37,613 bases of DNA from Planctomycetales bacterium (lineage in GTDB: Bacteria > Omnitrophota > Gorgyraeia > Aquiviventales > Aquiviventaceae). The DNA lies in NCBI GenBank assembly GCA_005239935.1, contig SBAZ01000025.1, positions 1 to 37,613 of the forward strand, read 5' to 3'. The notes under the pieces are model-generated. The model saw only the letters and a program-made list of their open reading frames with translations. It did no database searches and had not been told where the DNA came from. Below are positions 31,743 to 37,613 of the stretch, piece after piece. Both the position numbers and the translations under genes were made by a program. The first letter of the stretch is position 1; every line of letters starts with the position of its first letter.

Positions 31743-31877
31743 CTACGCCGATGGTGCCGAGCCCTGCGGGGGGATGTTCGTCTTCTGACGCTGGAAGTCG
31801 CCGAACGCCCACCCCTCAACGAGTAGGCCGACGACCAGCGCCGTCACCGCAACCAGAATCGCGAACACTTCCGCCAT
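31743..31877 (-). CDS. hypothetical 44-aa single-TM protein
   Basis: Internal ATG 31877 (MAEVFAILVAVTALVVGLLVEGWAF...) with GGAGG about 9 nt upstream. Confidence 0.4.
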   Translation of the reverse strand: MAEVFAILVAVTALVVGLLVEGWAFGDFQRQKTNIPPQGSAPSA

Positions 31878-31944
31878 GCGTTGGCTGCCTCCGTGTTGCC
31901 CAGCATTTTCGCACATTCGCCGGCGGTTCGCCAGCCGGCTGGTC

Positions 31945-31979
31945 AACACAAACGGCCGCCAGCAACAGCTGGCGGCCGT
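31945..31979 (-). terminator. intrinsic terminator after the response-regulator gene
   Basis: ACGGCCGCCAGC-AACA-GCTGGCGGCCGT (12-bp stem, 31952..31979), followed on the minus strand by TTGTGTT. Confidence 0.6.
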
Positions 31980-31999
31980 CAGCCTGGCCCGCGCCGGGA

Positions 32000-32440
32000 C
32001 TACCAGTCGGACTCGTTGTGGCGGACGCGCGATCGCCCGGTCTTGATGCGGATCCGGCCGAGCGCCTCCCGCACCCCCTCGAAGGTATAGGGCTTCTGGA
32101 GATACTCCAGGCCGTCTTGCCGGAGTGCTTGCTCCAAATCCGGGGTGATCGAGAAGGCGGTCATGAACACCACTTGCGGCATCGGCAGGCGGACAGTCAT
32201 CTGGCGGTAGGCGGTCACCCCGTCCAGGCGCGGCATGCGCACATCCAGGAAGATGGCGTCGAACTCGAGCCCGCGGCCCAGCAGGGCGACGGCCTCATTC
32301 CCGTCGCGCACCAGGGATACGTAATGCCCCTCGGCTTGCAGGAACCGGCGCAGCATGTCCCCCGCCCGGTCATCATCGTCCACGACGAGGATGCGCTGCG
32401 CGGGCCGTGTGTCGGTTGGTTCGGCAGGTGCGTACGGCAT
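32000..32440 (-). CDS. single-domain CheY-like response regulator
   Basis: ILVVDDDD, FLDVRMPRLDG, FMTAF and LQKP receiver residues. ATG 32440 (MPYAPAEP) is preceded by GGGAGAG. The TTG at 32467 is an alternative start. Confidence 0.8.
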   Translation of the reverse strand: MPYAPAEPTDTRPAQRILVVDDDDRAGDMLRRFLQAEGHYVSLVRDGNEAVALLGRGLEFDAIFLDVRMPRLDGVTAYRQMTVRLPMPQVVFMTAFSITPDLEQALRQDGLEYLQKPYTFEGVREALGRIRIKTGRSRVRHNESDW

Positions 32441-32517
32441 GCTCTCCCGCTGTGTTCGCTCGGTCAACCATCACAACTATGGCTGACGCCAAGGGATGGC
32501 GTCAAGGGCCCGGCGCC

Positions 32518-33144
32518 TCAGCTGCCTAGGAGGCGGGCCACTGCCCGGTGGCGGAAGCAGGTGATCGTGTGGTCGTTGACCATGCCGGCCGCCTGCATAT
32601 GCGCGTACACCACCGTCGGGCCCAGGAACGTGAACCCGCGGCGCTTCAGGTCCTTGGCCCATCCCACCGCTTCGTCTGTGTACGTTGGATAGTCCGTGAG
32701 GCCGCGCAGCCGGTGCTGGATGGGCCGGTGGCCCACCCAAGACCACATGTATCGTGCGAACGTCCCGAACTCGCGTTGAACCTCAAGGAACCGGCGGGCA
32801 TTGGCGACGGCGGCGTGGATCTTCTGGCGATTGCGGATGATGCCAGCGTCCTGCAGGAGCCGGTGGACATCCCGGGCGGTAAAGCGGGCCACCCGGTGGG
32901 GATCGAAGCCGGCGAAGGCCTTGCGGAACGCCGGCCGTTTGTGGAGGACCGTCCGCCAGGACAGGCCCGCCTGGAAGGCCTCCAGGACGAGCAACTCATA
33001 GATCCGGCGGTCGTCGTGGACCGGCACGCCCCATTCCTCGTCGTGATACTGAAGATACAGTGGATCGTCGAACGTCGGCCAGGGACAGCGCGGCAGGGGT
33101 CTCGTGCGGCTGCTTGTGCGTTGCCCGGCAAGAAGTGGCCCCAT
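32518..33144 (-). CDS. tag: DNA-3-methyladenine glycosylase I
   Basis: RCPWPTFDDPLYLQYHDEEWGVPVHDD, LEAFQAGLSW, GIIRNRQKI and MQAAGMVNDH. The only ATG upstream of the conserved RCPW is at 33144, inside a REP copy, so the start is uncertain. Confidence 0.8.
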   Translation of the reverse strand: MGPLLAGQRTSSRTRPLPRCPWPTFDDPLYLQYHDEEWGVPVHDDRRIYELLVLEAFQAGLSWRTVLHKRPAFRKAFAGFDPHRVARFTARDVHRLLQDAGIIRNRQKIHAAVANARRFLEVQREFGTFARYMWSWVGHRPIQHRLRGLTDYPTYTDEAVGWAKDLKRRGFTFLGPTVVYAHMQAAGMVNDHTITCFRHRAVARLLGS

Positions 33145-33176
33145 GAGAAACGTCCCCGCTTTCCCGGGGACGTTTC
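33145..33176. repeat. REP-like element, arms in inverted order (GAGAAACGTCCCC...GGGGACGTTTC)
   Basis: GAAACGTCCCC (33147..33157), 8-nt loop, GGGGACGTTTC (33166..33176). 33141..33162 is the exact reverse complement of 3995..4016. Confidence 0.8.
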
Positions 33177-33272
33177 CCGACGCCCTCGAGATGGCTAGGG
33201 CGGCGGAAATGTCCCCGGCGTCTGGGCTGTTCAACCTGGCGTCGGCAGGCGGCCCATGCTATAACCATAGCC

Positions 33273-33797
33273 ATGGCCAGCGGCCCGGCCGGCCGTCGCT
33301 CGCTCAAGGAGCGCTATCCGCGCCACGAGCGCCTCGTCCCGGCCGCGCTCATCCTGTCCGCCCTGCTGCTCGTGCTGGGCCTCTCGCTCCCGCTCTTGGA
33401 GGCCGAGCAACGCTTCCTCTGGAAGACCTGGGAGAGCCGGTACTCGGTGTGGGCGGGGGTCGCGGCGCTGTGGCACGAGGGTGACTACGCGCTGGCGTCG
33501 GTGCTGTTCTTCTTCTCGATGGTCTTCCCGATCGCGAAGTTGGCGGCGCTGGCCGTCATCTGGTTCGTCCGGCTCGCCGACGCCCAGCGCGCCCGCATCC
33601 TGCACTGGCTTGCCGTGCTCGGCAAATGGTCCATGCTGGACGTCTTCGTCGTGGCCATCATGATCGTCCTCGTCAAACTTGGCCCCCTGGCCAATGTCAC
33701 CCCCCAGCAGGGCGTCTATTTCTTCTGCGCGGCCATCGTCGCGTCCATGGTCTCGACGATGTACGTGACGCGCCTGGCCCGGCAGTCGCTGCGCTAG
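33273..33797 (+). CDS. PqiA (paraquat-inducible protein A) family membrane protein, single-domain
   Basis: 174 aa. GDYALASVLFFFSMVFPIAKL and LGKWSMLDVFVVAIMIVLVKL are PqiA-type blocks. TATAAC (33260..33265) lies 7 nt before the ATG. Confidence 0.75.
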   Translation: MASGPAGRRSLKERYPRHERLVPAALILSALLLVLGLSLPLLEAEQRFLWKTWESRYSVWAGVAALWHEGDYALASVLFFFSMVFPIAKLAALAVIWFVRLADAQRARILHWLAVLGKWSMLDVFVVAIMIVLVKLGPLANVTPQQGVYFFCAAIVASMVSTMYVTRLARQSLR

Positions 33798-33820
33798 TCT
33801 CCGGCCCGACGGACCGCCGC

Positions 33821-34075
33821 TCAGAGCGCGAAGGGTTCGCTCCCCATCCGCTGGCCGCGGACCTTGCGGAATTTTCCTTCCAGTTCATCCACTGCCTGTC
33901 GCAGCGAGCCGAGAATCCTGTTCGCCTGCTCGTCGGTGTAGCGGTAGCTGGACCCGGTGAGGTTCCCGAGCAGCCGGATCTTCGTCAGTGCCGCCTGCGT
34001 GCGCTTGGTCGCCAGCCGCGCGAACTTCTGCTCCTTGGTCTCCCCACCCGCCTGTACCGGTTCCGCCTCGCTCAT
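33821..34075 (-). CDS. hypothetical small protein
   Basis: ATG 34075 (MSEAEPVQ...) with AGGAGG 5 nt upstream. 84 aa, helical. KFARLATKRTQAALTKIRLLGNLTGSSYRYTDEQANRI resembles a conserved small-protein family I cannot name. Confidence 0.55.
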   Translation of the reverse strand: MSEAEPVQAGGETKEQKFARLATKRTQAALTKIRLLGNLTGSSYRYTDEQANRILGSLRQAVDELEGKFRKVRGQRMGSEPFAL

Positions 34076-34182
34076 GCCCACCTCCTGTGGCTCTCCACCG
34101 TACGCGTCAGAAGCACCCCGTCAGCAGCGTCCCCGCTGTGCGCTATTCTAGCCCTTCGCTCCCGGCAGGGCCAGGCTCGGGC

Positions 34183-35406
34183 TCACGCGAACCGCGCCTC
34201 CCCGTGCATGAAGGTCGGGACTGCCTCCCCGAGCAGCCGCAAGAGCGAGGGCGCCACGTCGGCCAGGTCGATCTCTGGGGTCCGCACCTGGCGGGTCCGG
34301 TCCAGCACGGCCATGAACCCCTGCTCCGAGGCGTGGTGGGGCAGGTAGCCGTGGTAGGCGAGGTGCCGCGGGTCCCGCAGGCGCCGGCGCTGTTGCGGAT
34401 GGCGCAGCCCGAAGAGGACGTTCACGAGCGGGTGGTGGAAGTCGTGGGGGAAGAACAGCCAGCCCGGATCTGCGATGAAGTAGAACGCACCGTGGGCCGG
34501 GTCCTCGAACGCGATCTGGTAGCGCCGCAGGTCCTGGTACGTCAGCGCGGTGCCGTGCGGCAGTGCCTTGAGCAGGCCGGCGACGGCCCGCCGGACGCGC
34601 TCCGTGCGGCACCAGAAGCGCAGCGTGATGGGCTGCAGGTAGTACAGGCACTCCTCCGGCGGGAGGTCCAGCTGCCGCAGCCAGGGACGCAGGTCCACGC
34701 TCTCCCGCACCTGTTCCTGCCCGTGGTCGGAGAGCAGGACCATCGTCACGCCGGCGCGCTCGCACTGCGCGTGCAGGTCACGCACGAGCGCGTCGACCCC
34801 GCCGTAATAGGTCCGGAAGTCCTCGGCCGCCTCCAGGGCCCAGTGCCCCGCCACGTCCAGGGCGTGGAACTGCAGCAGGTCCAGGCGTGCGCCGTCTCCC
34901 ACGCCCTGCCGGAGAACGGCCTCGCGGTCCTCCCAGGCGTCGGTGAAGCGGTAGCGGAACGCCGGACCGAGCGCGCTGACCAGCGACGGCCGCGCCCCCA
35001 GCGCGCGCCCAAGCCGTCCCGTGTCCGCCCGCCCGTAGAACTTCAGCCGGTGGAACTCCATCCACCGACGGCGTCTGGGCGCCACGGTGGGGACGTCGAA
35101 GCGGCGCGTCAGCTGGTGGAGCGCGCACTGGCCCGTGGTGGTCAGCCAATCAGGCAGGAGATCGATCAGGCGCTCCAGCGCCGAGCGGGGCCGCGCGGGC
35201 CGCAACTGGGCCTGCCACATGCCATGCCCGTGGGGCCGCTGGCCGGTGATGAGTGTGGAGAGCTGTTCCGGGCTGGGGTAGGTCCGGGCCTTGGCCCAGG
35301 GGAAGTCTCGGAGCAGACGGGCGATGTACGGGGTCTGTGCCGGGCCCAGGCGCCGCAGGTCGCAGCCCGGGACATAGCAGACGAACACCCGGCCCGGCCC
35401 GGCCAT
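34183..35406 (-). CDS. alkaline phosphatase superfamily (type I phosphodiesterase / nucleotide pyrophosphatase-like) protein
   Basis: 407 aa. TLITGQRPHGHGMW, LQFHALDVAGH, VLLSDHGQ and YHGYLP resemble the metal-ligand blocks of the superfamily. Confidence 0.65.
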   Translation of the reverse strand: MAGPGRVFVCYVPGCDLRRLGPAQTPYIARLLRDFPWAKARTYPSPEQLSTLITGQRPHGHGMWQAQLRPARPRSALERLIDLLPDWLTTTGQCALHQLTRRFDVPTVAPRRRRWMEFHRLKFYGRADTGRLGRALGARPSLVSALGPAFRYRFTDAWEDREAVLRQGVGDGARLDLLQFHALDVAGHWALEAAEDFRTYYGGVDALVRDLHAQCERAGVTMVLLSDHGQEQVRESVDLRPWLRQLDLPPEECLYYLQPITLRFWCRTERVRRAVAGLLKALPHGTALTYQDLRRYQIAFEDPAHGAFYFIADPGWLFFPHDFHHPLVNVLFGLRHPQQRRRLRDPRHLAYHGYLPHHASEQGFMAVLDRTRQVRTPEIDLADVAPSLLRLLGEAVPTFMHGEARFA

Positions 35407-35417
35407 GCCGGTCCCAA

Positions 35418-36359
35418 TCAGTCCGGCCCGACGGCTAGGAACAGCTTCTTAGCCTCCCCGTTCCTGGCATCGGCGAAGGCCGCGGCAAAGTCCTCCAACG
35501 GGTACTCCCGCCCGAACAGGTCTCCCAATTCCAGCGCGCGGGAGGCCAGAAGGTCCACTGCGTCTCCAAACGGCCCGTAGTTCACAACCTGCAGGACCGG
35601 TTCTTTGTGGAGCGCGGCGGAGAGCGGAAACTCGATGTGCCGGTGCAGGCGGCTGCGCAGGATGATGGTCCCCCGCCGACGGATCGCCCCCAGCATCATG
35701 GCGAAGTCCCGGGGGCTCGGATCCGTCTCGATGGCGAAGTCATAGCGCCCCGGGCCCAGGCGCGGGCCCGCGGCAGGATCGACGCATTCCACCGCGCGGA
35801 ACCCGCGGGCGAAGAGGATGCGCTGGATGAGCCTGGCGATGCGATTCGTCCCGCAGATGAGGCCGGTGTCCTCCGGCCGGATGCCGGCCTTCAGCACCGC
35901 CAGCCCGGCGGCGACCGGCTCTGCATAGGCGCCCTCCGTGAACGAGAGCCGGTTGGGCAGCTTGATGACCGCGTCGGCGGTGAGCCGCACGTACTCGGCG
36001 AAGCCGCCGTCGACCCGCAGGCCGAGAAATCGCGGCTCCATGCAGTTGGTCCGGTCCCCGGCCTGGCACTGCTCGCAGTTCCCGCACGCGCCGACCGGAT
36101 TGACCGTCACGCGGTCCCCTGCTCGCAGGCGGTGCGGGTTCTTCCCCACGGCCTCGATCACACCGGAGAATTCATGCCCGAGCACCAGCGTCGGCGCAGT
36201 ATCGAGTTGCCCCTCCGCGGCCAGCAGATCCGTTCGGCAGATTCCCGCCTTCATGACCCGCACGACCAGCTCGCCGGGCTGGCGGACTTCCGGGGCTGGC
36301 ACCTGGCGCAGCTCGGTCGTGCCGCCATCCTTGACGACGGCCAACATCTGGCGTGCCAT
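35418..36359 (-). CDS. zinc-type MDR alcohol dehydrogenase-like protein
   Basis: GICRTDL, GHEFSG and structural-zinc cluster CGNCEQCQAGDRTNC. The dinucleotide-binding glycine motif is degenerate (LICGTNRIARL). Confidence 0.75.
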   Translation of the reverse strand: MARQMLAVVKDGGTTELRQVPAPEVRQPGELVVRVMKAGICRTDLLAAEGQLDTAPTLVLGHEFSGVIEAVGKNPHRLRAGDRVTVNPVGACGNCEQCQAGDRTNCMEPRFLGLRVDGGFAEYVRLTADAVIKLPNRLSFTEGAYAEPVAAGLAVLKAGIRPEDTGLICGTNRIARLIQRILFARGFRAVECVDPAAGPRLGPGRYDFAIETDPSPRDFAMMLGAIRRRGTIILRSRLHRHIEFPLSAALHKEPVLQVVNYGPFGDAVDLLASRALELGDLFGREYPLEDFAAAFADARNGEAKKLFLAVGPD

Positions 36360-36394
36360 CAGAGCTCACCGGCGCTGTGGCCGAGGACCGAGCA

Positions 36395-36682
36395 TCATCC
36401 GGTGGGCGTCCCGCGGCGCCCGAGGCGCGTGTCCGGCGCCACCCTGTCGGCCCGCCGGCGGAAGACGCCGGCCAGCACCAGATCCAACACGCCGCTGCCC
36501 GCGACCACGAGCCCAACAAGCCCTGCCTGCGGCAAGCCCTTCTGGCCTAGCCACCAGGCAACCGCGACACCGACGACAATCGTGTAGAGCCCAGCGACCT
36601 GGAGGATCCTGGCCGTCCGGCGCAGGGCGTCCGGCGAGGGCGCCGAGGCAGACCCCGGGGCCATCCAGCTCGAGCGGGCCAT
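36395..36682 (-). CDS. hypothetical small membrane protein (2 TM)
   Basis: ATG 36682 overlaps the stop of the upstream gene by 1 nt. ILQVAGLYTIVVGVAVAWWL and GLVGLVVAGSGVLDLVLAGV. Confidence 0.45.
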   Translation of the reverse strand: MARSSWMAPGSASAPSPDALRRTARILQVAGLYTIVVGVAVAWWLGQKGLPQAGLVGLVVAGSGVLDLVLAGVFRRRADRVAPDTRLGRRGTPTG

Positions 36683-37131
36683 CAGCGTCGGGACCCCATG
36701 ATCACGAACCCCGACTGGTCGTTGGCCCCCTCCATGACCTGCCCGTCCCGCGAGAGGGCCATCGTATCGGTGTAGCCGTGGCTCCAGCGGAAGGACGCGC
36801 GCCGGGCGCCGCGGTCCAGACAGATCCATTGGCCGACGACCGTGGGCAGCGGGTCATGCGCCGCCTTGCGCCACGCCAAGGTGCCGTCGACCCCGATGGT
36901 CGTCACCCCGCCGGTAGACCAGGACCAGGTACCGGCCATGGCCTCGCAGCCGCCCTCGGGCACGCGCAGGGGACTGGCCGCCTGGCCGGCCGGCACCGAC
37001 GCGGTCGGGGTCTGCCCGGAGCCAATCAGGGTGCTGGCCAGCGTGATGAGGGCGGTGACCAGTCCGAGCACCCCGGCGATGATGCCCGGCGCCGTCGTCC
37101 AGAAGCCCCGCTTGCCGTGCTGTGTGCCCAT
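36682..37131 (-). CDS. hypothetical membrane-anchored protein
   Basis: 149 aa. N-terminal TM GIIAGVLGLVTALITLASTLI followed by a Trp/Gly/Thr-rich about 100-aa domain. Confidence 0.55.
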   Translation of the reverse strand: MGTQHGKRGFWTTAPGIIAGVLGLVTALITLASTLIGSGQTPTASVPAGQAASPLRVPEGGCEAMAGTWSWSTGGVTTIGVDGTLAWRKAAHDPLPTVVGQWICLDRGARRASFRWSHGYTDTMALSRDGQVMEGANDQSGFVIMGSRR

Positions 37132-37143
37132 GCCGAGCCTATC

Positions 37144-37611
37144 TTACCGCTTCGCGGCGCTCCGCGACAGTCCTGCGCCCTGGACCGTGCTGCCGACGAC
37201 GAGCCCCGCGGCGATCAGGACCAGGTTCTTGATGACGAACTCCCCTTCCGTCGAGAGGAGCAGCAGGTTCCCGTGCTGAAACGCCATGTCCGGCCGCAGG
37301 ATCAGCACGAGGAACGTCCCCGCCATCTGCAGCCAGAAGAGTAGGAGCGTGAGGCGGAACGCCACGGCGAAGAGCAGCCCGGCCCCGACCAGGATTTCCC
37401 AGACACCGAGAACTGGCATGAACGTGTCCGGCGGGAACCAGGGGACCGCTGCCGTGACCAGCGCCACCACCGGGCTGTGCCCGGAGACCTTCAGAGTACC
37501 GAACCAGACGAACACGACCCCGAGGCAGATGCGCAGCAGCCGAATGCCCCACGCGGCCATGAATCCGATCATGGTCGCATCCAGCCGCTGCCACCCTCCC
37601 TGCCCGGCCAT
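37144..37611 (-). CDS. DUF417/YkgB-like (DoxX-like) membrane protein
   Basis: GIRLLRICLGVVFVWFGTLKV..., LLSTEGEFVIKNLVLIAAGLVV. Start is at 37611 or at the internal ATG 37572. The gene lies close to the window edge. Confidence 0.6.
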   Translation of the reverse strand: MAGQGGWQRLDATMIGFMAAWGIRLLRICLGVVFVWFGTLKVSGHSPVVALVTAAVPWFPPDTFMPVLGVWEILVGAGLLFAVAFRLTLLLFWLQMAGTFLVLILRPDMAFQHGNLLLLSTEGEFVIKNLVLIAAGLVVGSTVQGAGLSRSAAKR

Positions 37612-37613
37612 CC

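Noticed and set aside
32484-32504. The hairpin TGACGCC-AAGGGAT-GGCGTCA between tag and the response-regulator gene, considered as a terminator.
   Set aside because: It has no U-tract on either strand. It could be a weak or Rho-assisted stop or an operator, but the evidence is insufficient.
1-37613. tRNA, rRNA, tmRNA, RNase P or SRP genes, CRISPR arrays, and diversity-generating or retron elements.
   Set aside because: No T-loop (GTTCGAATC-like) contexts occur outside CDSs, there are no regularly spaced direct repeats, no reverse transcriptase ORF is present, and the intergenic gaps are all under 250 nt.

Overview
High-GC (roughly 65%) bacterial chromosomal window, densely coding. I found no rRNA, tRNA or CRISPR array. 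All functional calls come from reading motifs in the supplied translations and the DNA; no database search was possible. The left ~7.8 kb looks accessory and mosaic. It holds lexA-DUF2188 behind a leaderless-type promoter with a nested palindromic operator. Upstream is a tightly overlapped four-gene cassette that ends in a VapB-like (COG1753-type) gene overlapping a SprT/WLM-like HExxH metallopeptidase. Next come a truncated, frameshifted REP-associated tyrosine transposase (RayT) pseudogene and an XRE-HTH plus minimal-nucleotidyltransferase operon under a perfect 22-bp palindrome. After that are a cluster of REP-like hairpins, a secreted BNR/Asp-box propeller protein overlapping spoVG, a Phd/YefM-RelE/ParE pair and two lipoproteins. 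The remainder is mostly core genome. It contains nrtR-nadA with two GT-N7-AC palindromes, a minus-strand string recG-rsmD-coaD-yceD-rpmF-plsX-fabH-fabD plus a secreted hypothetical, and rpmB. A second minus-strand string runs yebC-ruvC-ruvA-ruvB-DUF2905-spoIID-yajC-secDF-recJ. Then come an orphan PilX-N-like large secreted protein preceded by a terminator-like hairpin abutting its ATG, and leuCD. The window ends with a methyltransferase, a CheY-like regulator, tag, a PqiA-like protein, an alkaline-phosphatase-superfamily protein, an MDR dehydrogenase-like protein and small membrane proteins. Two dispersed palindromic repeat families occur. The GGGGACGTTTCTC family has copies in at least 4 loci. 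A GTCCCTCGACYYCGCTCGGGAC family brackets recG. Both touch coding-sequence ends. The most system-like unexplained candidates are the XRE-NTase module, the VapB-like/SprT-like pair next to lexA, and the structured leader plus orphan PilX-like protein.
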